Below, piece by piece: positions 29,661 to 38,803 of a DNA stretch of 64,000 bases; position 1 is the stretch's first letter; every line of letters starts with the position of its first letter. Position numbers and translations under genes: made by a program. Source of the stretch: Dehalococcoidia bacterium (GTDB lineage: Bacteria; Chloroflexota; Dehalococcoidia; Bin125); NCBI GenBank assembly GCA_963663895.2, contig CAXXRD010000002.1, positions 448,001 through 512,000 of the forward strand, in the 5' to 3' direction. A model generated the notes under the pieces. The model saw only the letters and a program-made list of their open reading frames with translations. It made no database searches and was not told the DNA's origin.

Positions 29661-29875
29661 CTCGGTGGCCGCGTCTCTTCTTCCTAATCTTTCCTAATCG
29701 CTGCTCTCGCGCACGGCGGTTCTCAAAAATTACACGAAAGCGGCGGGGCGGATGGCCGATCGTACCGGGTTGCGCTGGGGGTCTCTAACGAGCGCAGGGC
29801 GTAGGCTGGGAGAGGAGCGGTCCCCAACCGACGGACGCCATTCGTCTTGATCGGCAGGCAGCAGGAGGGAGCAGC

Positions 29876-30877
29876 TTGGACTTCCTGATCTTCGCCGTGT
29901 GCGCGGGCGCGATCGCAATCGCCGGGCCGAAGATGGTGGAGGCAGTAGCGGTCGTATCGGAGCGGACGGGGGCGGGGCACGTGTGGGTTGGGTCGATCGT
30001 GCTCGCGGGGGCGACATCGCTGCCGGAGCTGGTCGCGACGGTGGCGGGCGCGGCGATCGACGAGCCCGATCTGGCGGTGGGGACAGTATTGGGCTCGAAC
30101 ATGTTCAACATGGTGATCTTCGGCGCGGTGGTGCTCCTCGCAACGCGCGCGCTTCGCCCCGATCCGGCGGGGGCCGCGGCGGGGCTGGCGGCGATCGCGA
30201 TGGCGAGCGGGGCGCTGGTGTTCCTCCTCGTCGACATGCCGGCGGCGGGCCGGTTGGGGCTGGGGTCGCTGGTCCTGGTGGGGATCTACGTCGCGGCGTC
30301 GTACCTGCTGTTCCGGTTCGAGCGGGGACGGCGCGGCGCGGCGGCCGCCGAGACGCAACCAGCGCAGCCGGAGGCCGGCACCGCCGCGAACGGATCGATG
30401 ACGCTGCGGCGGGCGCTGCAGTGGCTGCTGGCGACCACCGCAGTGGTGTTCGTCGCCTCGATCTACATCGCGGGGGCGGCCGACGGAATCGCGGAGACGA
30501 TCGGGGTGAGCGGAGGCGTGATCGGCGTGGTGGCGGTCGCGTGTGCAACATCGCTGCCGGAGATCGTGACGTCGATTGCGGCCCTGCGCCGAAAGGCGCC
30601 GGGGCTGTTGGTAGGGAACGTGTTCGGGAGCAACGTGTTCAACATCGTGGTGATCTTCGCCGCCGACTTGAGCTTCGACGAGGGCGCCGTGCTGCAGGCC
30701 GCGAGTGGGGATCAGGCGGTGACGGCGGCGTTCGGGATCGGACTGATGCTGCTCGGACTGGCCGTGATGGGCTGGCAGCGGTCGGAGCGGATGATCCGCG
30801 GCCTGGGCGCGCTGATCGTGGCGGGGTACCTGGCGGGGATCGTCACGGTGGTGAGCCTGGGGGTCGTGGGCGGCTAG
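29876..30877 (+). CDS. Sodium/calcium exchanger (CaCA, YrbG-like)
   Basis: Two alpha repeats ATSLPE...GSNMFN and ATSLPE...GSNVFN; TTG start after GGAGG. Confidence 0.9.
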   Translation: MDFLIFAVCAGAIAIAGPKMVEAVAVVSERTGAGHVWVGSIVLAGATSLPELVATVAGAAIDEPDLAVGTVLGSNMFNMVIFGAVVLLATRALRPDPAGAAAGLAAIAMASGALVFLLVDMPAAGRLGLGSLVLVGIYVAASYLLFRFERGRRGAAAAETQPAQPEAGTAANGSMTLRRALQWLLATTAVVFVASIYIAGAADGIAETIGVSGGVIGVVAVACATSLPEIVTSIAALRRKAPGLLVGNVFGSNVFNIVVIFAADLSFDEGAVLQAASGDQAVTAAFGIGLMLLGLAVMGWQRSERMIRGLGALIVAGYLAGIVTVVSLGVVGG

Positions 30878-31022
30878 CGATCCCCGCGGATCGCGCGCGG
30901 GCCGGCTGGCGGCAGCGCTTCGCTTGTGAGGCAGACATCGTGGCTGGTAGTCTGCGCGCCCACTCGACGGGCGCGCAGCGCACCGTCCGGCCACCCATCC
31001 GCCTACCCAAAGGAGGCCGAGG

Positions 31023-31496
31023 ATGCCATCTCTCGAGGATCATGAAGCACGAATCCAGCGATTGGAGGACGTCGAGCAGATCCGCCGGCTGAAGCACGCC
31101 TACGCGCGGCTGGTCGACGATAACTTCCGGCACAAGGAGCTGGGACAGCTGTTCGCCGAAGACGGGGTGATGGACGGCGGAGTGTTCGGCCGGAACGAGG
31201 GGCGGGAGGCGATCGCGGCGTTCTTCGATGGGATGCGGTCCCAGCTGACGTTCGCGATGCACTTCATGACGGGGGAGACGATCGACGTCGACCCGTCGGG
31301 CACCAGCGCGTCGGGCCACTGGTACCTGTGGGAGCTGGGGACGCTGGACGGCCAGGCGGTGTGGATCGCGATGACGTACAACGATACCTACGTGAAGCAG
31401 AACGGGAAGTGGCTGTTCCAAGAGACGAATCTGCTGATCAATTTCGTGACGCCGTACGAGGATGGGTGGGTGAAAACGCCGATGTTGGAGCGGTAG
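31023..31496 (+). CDS. SnoaL_4/NTF2-like protein
   Basis: EARIQRLEDVEQIRRLKHAYARLVD, FAMHF, YNDTYVKQNGKWLF; paralog of 18030. Confidence 0.87.
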   Translation: MPSLEDHEARIQRLEDVEQIRRLKHAYARLVDDNFRHKELGQLFAEDGVMDGGVFGRNEGREAIAAFFDGMRSQLTFAMHFMTGETIDVDPSGTSASGHWYLWELGTLDGQAVWIAMTYNDTYVKQNGKWLFQETNLLINFVTPYEDGWVKTPMLER

Positions 31497-31527
31497 CGGC
31501 GAGGGATCATTGGGATCTGGAGCGCGC

Positions 31528-32997
31528 ATGGCCTCGAACCAAGCGATCTCGGAGATGGATGCAGTCTCGCTGGCGGCGGCCGTGCGGGCGAAGGATCTGT
31601 CACCGGTAGACGTGGTGGAGGCAGCCCTGGCGCGGATGGAGCGGCTCGAGCCGCGGCTGCACGCGTTCTGCACGCCGACGCCGGAGCTGGCACGGGCGGA
31701 GGCGCGGCGGATCGAGGCGGCGATCGCGGCCGGGCGGGAAGTAGGAGCGCTGGCGGGGGTACCGGTTGGGATCAAGGACCTGGTGTGCACGGCTGGGATC
31801 GTGACCGCCTGCGGCTCCGCCGCATACAAGGATTTCGTGCCGGACGAGGACGACGTGTGCGTGGAGCGGCTGCGGGCGGCGGATGCGATCATCCTCGGTA
31901 AGACGAACGTGCCCGAGTTCGGCTACAGCGGAACGGGGCACAACCCGATATTCGAAACGACGCGCAATCCCTGGAACCCGGACCTGACGCCCGGGGGATC
32001 GAGCGCGGGCTCGGCGGCGGGTGTCGCGGCCGGGATGATGCCGTTCGCGATCGGGAGCGACGGCGGCGGGTCGATCCGGTTGCCTGCCGCGCACTGCGGG
32101 CTGTACGGGATGAAAGCAGCGATGGGCCGGGTGCCGCTGTACCCCGGTTGCCGGGACGAGCGCTACCCGGGCGTGTCGAGTTGGGAGGGAATCGAGCACA
32201 TCGGTCCGATCAGCCGCACGGTGGCAGACAGCGCTCTCATGCTGTCGGTGATCGCGGGCCCGGACGCGCGCGACCGGCACAGTCTGCCGCAGGCGGATTT
32301 CGATTGGATGGCCGCAGCGGGAATGGGTGCGGACGGATTCGGTGGACTGCGGGTGGCCTTCAGCGAAGACCTCGGGTACGCGGCCGTGGATCCGGAGGTC
32401 CGCCGGATCGCACGTGAGGCGGCGCAGGTGTTTGCAAGCGATCTGGGGTGCGAAGTGGAGGAGGCGCATCCGGGCTGGGACGATCCGGCGGCGGCGTTCT
32501 GGGGGCTTGTGGCGCTGGAGAGCGATCTGCGCGGGATGCGGGCCTTAGCGGAGAAGCATGCGGGGCAAGTCTCGTCGAACCTGCTGGATTTTCTCAACAC
32601 GCCCTGGAGCGCTGAGGACCTGAGCGACGCCGTCATGGCGCGCAAGGCGGTCTGCAATAAGATGTGGCGCTTCATGCGTACGTACGACCTGTTCTTGACG
32701 CCGACGCTGGCGGTGCCGCCGTTCCCCGTGCACATGCAGGGACCGGAGAAGATCGAGGGGAAATTCGTGGGTCCGTTCGGGTGGTTCCCGTTCACGTTCC
32801 CGATAAACATGACGGGGCAGCCAGCGGCGTCCGTGCCGGCGGGGTGGACGGAGGACGGGCGGCCGGTTGGGCTCCAGATCGTGGGGCGGCACTTGGACGA
32901 CCCCGGCGTGCTGCGGGCGTCGGCGGCATACGAAGCGGTGCGGCCATGGAAAGACCGCTGGCCGCCGCTGTTAAGTGAGTTGGGCCTGCGAAACTAG
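31528..32997 (+). CDS. Amidase signature family protein
   Basis: GVPVGIKD, PGGSSAGS, GSDGGGSIRLPA, TGQPAASVP. Confidence 0.93.
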   Translation: MASNQAISEMDAVSLAAAVRAKDLSPVDVVEAALARMERLEPRLHAFCTPTPELARAEARRIEAAIAAGREVGALAGVPVGIKDLVCTAGIVTACGSAAYKDFVPDEDDVCVERLRAADAIILGKTNVPEFGYSGTGHNPIFETTRNPWNPDLTPGGSSAGSAAGVAAGMMPFAIGSDGGGSIRLPAAHCGLYGMKAAMGRVPLYPGCRDERYPGVSSWEGIEHIGPISRTVADSALMLSVIAGPDARDRHSLPQADFDWMAAAGMGADGFGGLRVAFSEDLGYAAVDPEVRRIAREAAQVFASDLGCEVEEAHPGWDDPAAAFWGLVALESDLRGMRALAEKHAGQVSSNLLDFLNTPWSAEDLSDAVMARKAVCNKMWRFMRTYDLFLTPTLAVPPFPVHMQGPEKIEGKFVGPFGWFPFTFPINMTGQPAASVPAGWTEDGRPVGLQIVGRHLDDPGVLRASAAYEAVRPWKDRWPPLLSELGLRN

Positions 32998-33099
32998 TCA
33001 CTCGGTCCGGCGCTCGCGCAACGCCGCGCAGAATGGGTGCCAGGGTGAGAGCGGCTGAAGCGTGGCTCGGGATCAGGCCGAGCGGCGGAGGGGGTCATA

Positions 33100-34068
33100 T
33101 TGGCGGAGGGATACGCGGCGGCGATCGCGGCGGCGTTCGTGTGGGCGGTTTCCGGAGCGGTGATCGCACGCCAAGCGTGGCGCGTCGATCCCTTCTCGAT
33201 CAGCGTCGTCCGGGTCACGGCTTCGCTCCTGTTCTTGGTTCCGGCGATCTTCGTCCTGGGCGCGCAGGGGGATTTCGCGCGCATGAGCGTGAGCGACATG
33301 GCGCAGCTGATCGGGACGGGATTCCTGGCGACGGCGCTCGCGGAGACGCTGTTCGCGGTCACGATCCCACTGTTCGGACTGACGCGGACGCTCACGGTCG
33401 CGCAGGGCGGGACGGTGCTGTTCGCCTACGTGTTCGGGCTGATCTTCATTGGGGACAAGATCACGGTCCTGATCGGGATCGGGTCGCTGGTAGTGGTGGC
33501 GGGGGTGTACATCGTCGCCAACTACGGGCGGGCGCGGACGGGGGGACCGGGGCCGATCGCTGGAGAAAGCGAGGTGGCCGCGCCCGCGCTGGCGTCAGGA
33601 CGGTTCGGGGCGGTGGCGCGATTCGCGCGGGCGCACGCCTTCGCGGTCGGTCTAACGCTCTCGATCGCGATGGCGATGATGTGGGGCGGGGCGTCCGTGT
33701 GGCTCCGGAGCGCGTCGGAAGGATTCGACGCGGCGGCGGCGGCGGCGATCCGGATGCCGGTCGTGATCCCTTTCTTAGTGCTCATAGCAGGAATCCAGCC
33801 TCAGTCGTCGCTGCGCCGCTGGGCGATCCCGCGCCGGAGCCTGGCCTGGCTGGCGGTGTCCGGAATGACCGGGACGGGGTTGGTGGTGGTGCTGATCGTG
33901 ACATCGCTCCAGCGGGTGAGCGCCGGCGAATTCACCGTGCTGTTCAACACGAGTCCGCTATTCGGGATGATCCTCGGCGCGATCTTCTTGCATGAGCGGA
34001 TCACGGTATGGGTCGTCGTGGGAGCGGCGCTCGTGCTGGGCGGGATCGCGATGATCGCGATCCGTTGA
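33100..34068 (+). CDS. DMT/EamA family transporter
   Basis: Two EamA halves, about 10 hydrophobic segments, SPLFGMILGAIFLHERIT. Confidence 0.85.
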   Translation: MAEGYAAAIAAAFVWAVSGAVIARQAWRVDPFSISVVRVTASLLFLVPAIFVLGAQGDFARMSVSDMAQLIGTGFLATALAETLFAVTIPLFGLTRTLTVAQGGTVLFAYVFGLIFIGDKITVLIGIGSLVVVAGVYIVANYGRARTGGPGPIAGESEVAAPALASGRFGAVARFARAHAFAVGLTLSIAMAMMWGGASVWLRSASEGFDAAAAAAIRMPVVIPFLVLIAGIQPQSSLRRWAIPRRSLAWLAVSGMTGTGLVVVLIVTSLQRVSAGEFTVLFNTSPLFGMILGAIFLHERITVWVVVGAALVLGGIAMIAIR

Positions 34069-34076
34069 TCGCAACG

Positions 34077-34907
34077 CTACGCCAGCGAGCCGATCTTGAA
34101 GATGGTGGTGTGGCGGAAGCGGGCAAGGTCGGTGCCGTCCTCGCCGGTGATGCAGCCGTCGGTGACGAAGTAGTGGTGGCCCTTGCGCTCGTAGGCTTCG
34201 ACGAAGTGACCGGTCGTCGTGAGCGTTTGATCGGAGAGGGCGGGAGCGAGGTGCTGGATCTGACTGCGGGTATGGATGATGGGTCCGAGGCGCACGCTGT
34301 GGCGGATGAAGGGCCACATCCGATAGGCGATCCAGCCGGGATGGAGACGCGGCCGCGCGCCGGTCCAGAGCGGATCGAGATCCTTCTGGATCTCGCGGGC
34401 GTAGCGGCTGGCATCGTCCGCCGTCACGGGAGTCGCGAGGGGGCGAAGATCTTGGCCGACGGGGGCATTCTCGATCGTAAGCTCGGGGACCCTTTCCAGT
34501 TGCGGCTCGGCGGTACGCCGCGCGGAGTCGTGCAGCTCGCTCAACCAAGGGGCGGGGCCAAGGCCGACCTGGCCGACGACGGCGCCCTGGCCTCCCGGAT
34601 CCAGGATCGTGAGGTCGAAAGCGCCGCCGTCGCGCTCGGCGATGCGGGTGGTGATCTCGTCGCCGGGGTAGACCGGCCGGCGGAATCGGAGGTCGTGCCA
34701 GCCGCTGTCCAGCCAGGCGGTGCCAAACAGCTGCAGCAGCGCGGGGACGGCCCAGCCGTAGACGGTGGTCCCTGCGATGATGGCAGCCCGAAAGCCGAAG
34801 CGGCGCGCGCCCTCATTGCTGTGCACGATATTGGGGATGTTCATATTGTCGGCGTCGTCGAGAAAGGCCGTAGTGGAAACCTCGACAGTGCGGCGATCGA
34901 TGGTCAT
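34077..34907 (-). CDS. Double hotdog-fold (MaoC-like) protein
   Basis: NIVHSNEGARRFGFRAAIIAG, FRRPVYPGD, second domain with YERKGHHY. Confidence 0.65.
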   Translation of the reverse strand: MTIDRRTVEVSTTAFLDDADNMNIPNIVHSNEGARRFGFRAAIIAGTTVYGWAVPALLQLFGTAWLDSGWHDLRFRRPVYPGDEITTRIAERDGGAFDLTILDPGGQGAVVGQVGLGPAPWLSELHDSARRTAEPQLERVPELTIENAPVGQDLRPLATPVTADDASRYAREIQKDLDPLWTGARPRLHPGWIAYRMWPFIRHSVRLGPIIHTRSQIQHLAPALSDQTLTTTGHFVEAYERKGHHYFVTDGCITGEDGTDLARFRHTTIFKIGSLA

Positions 34908-35046
34908 GGCGGCTCCGTTCACGGCGAATTCTAGCAAGGCAGACGAAGGCAGCGAGAGCGCATGCTAGACTGCTCCGCCGCCGGGGCCGTCACGACGGTC
35001 GGCCGCCGGGCACACAAGACCCACGATCGGGCGAGAGGAGCAAGAG

Positions 35047-36585
35047 ATGTCGAGTCGCAGGCAGATCGGGGGGGTCATTCCGCCGACGAGGGACGAGCTC
35101 CGAGACATCGCGCTGCAGTATCACTTCGAACTGGGCGACGATGAAACCGAGTTTTTCTACGACTTAATCAACAGCTTGATGCCCTCGTATCGAAGGATCG
35201 CGGAGCTGCCCGAGCCGAAGCCGATCGTCAAGTATCCGCGGACGCCGGGGTATCAACCGTCGTTGGAAGACAACCCGCTGCGCGGGTGGTACTGGCGCTG
35301 CTCGGTGCAGGGAGCGTCCAGCGGCAAGCTGGCGGGGAAAACGGTGGCGCTGAAGGATTCGATCTGCCTGGCCGGCGTCCCGATGACGAACGGGTCGGCG
35401 CTGCTGGACGGGTTCATGCCGGACGTGGACGCGACCGTGGTGCAGCGGATCCTGGACGCAGGCGGCCACATCATCGGCAAGGCGACCTGTGAGGACCTGT
35501 GCGTGTCTGGAGGCTCGATCACGTCGGTGCCGGCGCCGGTGCGGAACCCCCACAACCATGCCTACTCCGCGGGAGGGTCCTCCAGCGGGAGTGCGGCGCT
35601 GGTCGTCAATGGAGACGTGGACCTGACGCTGGGGGCGGACCAGGGCGGATCGATCCGGATCCCGGCGAGCCTGTCCGGCGCGGTGGGGCTGAAGGCGACG
35701 TACAGCCTGATCCCCTACACGGGGGTCGCCCCGCTGGAGCTGACGGTCGATCACGTGGGGCCGATCTGCCGGACGGTGGAAGACGTGGCGCTGCTGCTGG
35801 AGGTAGTGGCCGGAGACGACCCCATGGATCCGCGGCAGCGGCATCCGGTGAAGACGGAGGAGTACACCAAGGCGCTGACCGGCGACGTGACGGACTTGAC
35901 GATCGGGGTGGTGAAAGAGGGCTTCGGCTGGGGCGAGGACTCCGTGGAGACGGACGCGGCGGTGCGAGAGGCGATCGCCGGGTTCGAGAAGCTGGGCGCG
36001 ACGGTGAAAGAAGTATCGGTGCCGCTGCACCGGGACGGGACGCACGTCTTCACGGCGATCTTGGCGGACGGATTGTTCAACCAGGTGGTGTACGGGAACG
36101 GAGTGGGGTTCGGGTGGAAAGGCTACTACGACACCAAGGCGCTGGATTACTTCGCGCGCTCGCGCCGGTCGGTGGCGCACAGCTTCTCGCACCTCTACAA
36201 GCTGATCATCCTGCTGGGACACTACATGCAGGATCGGTACAACGGGCACTTCTACGCGAAGGCGCAGAACCAGACACGGCTGGTGGCCGAGTCGTACGAC
36301 CACGTGCTGGAGGAGTGCGATCTGCTGGCGATGCCGACGGCGGCGCCACAGGGGAAAGCCCTGCCAATCCTGGAAGACCCGACGCCGGAAGAGTACGTGG
36401 CGGAGGCGTTCAGCTACCACCTGAACACGTGTCCGATGGACATGACGGGGCATCCGTCGGTCTCGGTGCCATGCGCGAAGGTAGACGGCCTGCCGGTGGG
36501 CTTGATGCTGACGGGACGGATGTGGGAAGACGCAACGGTGTTGCGGGGCGCGCATGCGTTCGAGTCTTTGGGCATGTACTCCTAG
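35047..36585 (+). CDS. Amidase signature family protein, CX3C subgroup
   Basis: VALKD, GKATCEDLCVSGGS, GGSSSGS, GADQGGSIRIPA. Confidence 0.92.
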   Translation: MSSRRQIGGVIPPTRDELRDIALQYHFELGDDETEFFYDLINSLMPSYRRIAELPEPKPIVKYPRTPGYQPSLEDNPLRGWYWRCSVQGASSGKLAGKTVALKDSICLAGVPMTNGSALLDGFMPDVDATVVQRILDAGGHIIGKATCEDLCVSGGSITSVPAPVRNPHNHAYSAGGSSSGSAALVVNGDVDLTLGADQGGSIRIPASLSGAVGLKATYSLIPYTGVAPLELTVDHVGPICRTVEDVALLLEVVAGDDPMDPRQRHPVKTEEYTKALTGDVTDLTIGVVKEGFGWGEDSVETDAAVREAIAGFEKLGATVKEVSVPLHRDGTHVFTAILADGLFNQVVYGNGVGFGWKGYYDTKALDYFARSRRSVAHSFSHLYKLIILLGHYMQDRYNGHFYAKAQNQTRLVAESYDHVLEECDLLAMPTAAPQGKALPILEDPTPEEYVAEAFSYHLNTCPMDMTGHPSVSVPCAKVDGLPVGLMLTGRMWEDATVLRGAHAFESLGMYS

Positions 36586-36655
36586 AGAACCCGGCCGTTG
36601 CGGACGGCTGAGATCCGCGCTGTTCACTCTCAGCCGCCCTTTCGCCGATCGCACA

Positions 36656-38059
36656 TTGGCGCTCGTGCTCGCGATCGCGGCCGGGGCAGCCGTGGGCGCA
36701 TGCGGATCGGGCGATGGCGGTGTCGACCCCACTGCCGTACCGCCTGAGAGGCCCGTAGGCAGCAACAGCCTCGACGACAGCCCGCCGGTAACAGACCGCA
36801 GTACCGATGATTCGAGCGACCGCGATGGCGCGGATCCCAGCTCCGCGGCCGCGTCCCCGCAGAGCGGCGCAGACGCGGCCGAGAACGGGCCGGAAATCAT
36901 GGAGGAGACGCCGATTCCCGGCGGATACACATTCGGCTTCATCCTGGGAAGCGACGCCCTGGGATTCGTGCTGGGGATGGAGATGCTGCCGGACGGATCG
37001 GGCAACGTCGTGCTGGTGGCGCGGGAGGGACGGCTGTGGCGGGCCGATGCGGACGGAGCCGTGCACCTGTACGGAGACATCTCGGAGCGTGTGCTGTCCG
37101 GCGGAGAGCAAGGATTGTTGGGGCTGGCATTCTCGCCAACGTTCGCCTCGGACGGGCTGGCGTACTTGCACTACACCGCGCCCGATCCCGCACGCACGGT
37201 CATCTCGCGGTTCCGGACGGCGGACGGCGGGCTCAACGCGGGGTCGGAGGAGATATTGCTGCAGGTCGAGCAGCCGTTCCCGAACCACAATGGAGGGCAG
37301 ATCGCGTTCGGACCCGACGGGCTGCTCTACATCGCTCTGGGCGATGGCGGCGCGGGCGGAGATCCCCTCGGCCACGGGCAAGATCTGGGGACGTTGCTCG
37401 GTGCGGTCCTGCGGATCGACGTGTCGGATCCTGGCGGCTATCGGATCCCGGTCGACAATCCGTTCGTGGGAGTGGAGGGAGCGCGACCGGAGATCTACGC
37501 GTACGGGCTGCGAAATCCCTGGCGGTTCAGCTTCGATTCGGAGACGGGGAAGCTCTGGCTCGCCGATGTGGGGCAGGACGAATGGGAAGAGGTCCATACG
37601 ATCGTGGCGGGCGGAAACTACGGCTGGAACACGCTGGAAGGATTCGCGTGCTTCGCCTCGCCGACGTGCTCCAGCGACGGGCTCCAGCTGCCGCGTGCGG
37701 TCTACGACCATGGACCGCTGGGAGGTTGCTCGATCACGGGCGGCTACGTGTATCGCGGCGCCGCATTGCCCGAGCTGGACGGCTGGTACGTCTACGGCGA
37801 CTTCTGCAGCTCGCGGGTCTGGGCGGTGGACGCGACATCGGACGGTCCGCCAGTGGTGCTGGCGGATGCGCATCCGGCAGGGTCGATCACGTCGTTCGGG
37901 CTGACTCCGGCCGGAGAGGTGGCCGTGCTGACGATGGACGGCGCCACCTTCACGCTGACGCAACTCGAGCGCGCCGCCGGATCCTGGGGATGGCCGGCGC
38001 CCGGCGCGGATCGCGCTAGTAGGTCAGCCCACCGGAGACTTCAAGGGCCTCGCCGGTGA
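36656..38059 (+). CDS. PQQ-dependent sugar dehydrogenase (Gdh-B/sorbosone type) lipoprotein
   Basis: GEQGLLGLAFSP, NHNGGQIAFGPDG, GDGG, YAYGLRNPWRFSFD, GGNYGW; lipobox VGAC. Start uncertain; the 3' end overlaps the convergent SDR gene. Confidence 0.82.
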   Translation: MALVLAIAAGAAVGACGSGDGGVDPTAVPPERPVGSNSLDDSPPVTDRSTDDSSDRDGADPSSAAASPQSGADAAENGPEIMEETPIPGGYTFGFILGSDALGFVLGMEMLPDGSGNVVLVAREGRLWRADADGAVHLYGDISERVLSGGEQGLLGLAFSPTFASDGLAYLHYTAPDPARTVISRFRTADGGLNAGSEEILLQVEQPFPNHNGGQIAFGPDGLLYIALGDGGAGGDPLGHGQDLGTLLGAVLRIDVSDPGGYRIPVDNPFVGVEGARPEIYAYGLRNPWRFSFDSETGKLWLADVGQDEWEEVHTIVAGGNYGWNTLEGFACFASPTCSSDGLQLPRAVYDHGPLGGCSITGGYVYRGAALPELDGWYVYGDFCSSRVWAVDATSDGPPVVLADAHPAGSITSFGLTPAGEVAVLTMDGATFTLTQLERAAGSWGWPAPGADRASRSAHRRLQGPRR

Positions 38060-38801
38060 CGAACTCCGAGAGATCGGAGGCGAGAAAAACGACCATGTTC
38101 GCCACGTCGGTGGGGAGGGCAAAGCGCTTGAGGGCCGTATCGGCGCGGACCCGTTCGAGGAGCTCCTCGCGCGGAATGCCCCAGCTCTGCGAGTACCAAT
38201 CGAGGACGGCGTCGCCCATGCGAGCGTCGACCCAGCCGGGACAGACGGCGTTGACGCGAACGCCGTGCTCCCCGACCTCACGGGCGAGGGACTCGCTGAG
38301 GTTGTTCACCCCGGCCTTGCTGGCGCAGTAGTGGGCGATCTCGGGGTGGCCGCGCAGCCCCCCAACGGAAGAGATGTTGATAATGCTGCCGCGTTTGCGC
38401 TGGGTCATGTGCGTGACAAAGGCGCGGTTGCAGAGGAAGACGCCGGTGAGATTCACGTCGATGGTCCGGCGCCACTGATCGAGGGACATGGTGGCGACGG
38501 GGGAGAAATCGAGGACGGCCGCGGTGCACACGAGCGCGTCGACGCAGCCGAGATCGGCGATCGCGGCGGCGGCGGCGGTGTGCACCGCTGCCTCCGAGGT
38601 GATATCGACCCGGCGGGTGGTGGGGCGGCGGCCGTCGATCACGGCCGCGTCGCGGATCCGATCGAGAGCGGCGGCGGCGTTGTCCCACACCTCGACATCG
38701 GCGCCTTGGCGCAGCAGCTCGCGCACGATGACGGTGCCGATGCTGCCGGCGCTGGTCTCGACGATCTTCTTGCCCGCGAGGAGCGTGCCGTTTTCCGTCA
38801 T
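38016..38801 (-). CDS. Short-chain dehydrogenase/reductase
   Basis: NLTG, NISS, YCASK, VNAVCPG, VTGEAL; degenerate Gly motif TSAGSIG. Confidence 0.9.
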   Translation of the reverse strand: MTENGTLLAGKKIVETSAGSIGTVIVRELLRQGADVEVWDNAAAALDRIRDAAVIDGRRPTTRRVDITSEAAVHTAAAAAIADLGCVDALVCTAAVLDFSPVATMSLDQWRRTIDVNLTGVFLCNRAFVTHMTQRKRGSIINISSVGGLRGHPEIAHYCASKAGVNNLSESLAREVGEHGVRVNAVCPGWVDARMGDAVLDWYSQSWGIPREELLERVRADTALKRFALPTDVANMVVFLASDLSEFVTGEALEVSGGLTY

Positions 38802-38803
38802 GA

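Noticed and set aside
29617-29700. Mini CRISPR array
   Set aside because: Repeats are 8-9 nt with 6-7 nt spacers, and no cas genes are present.
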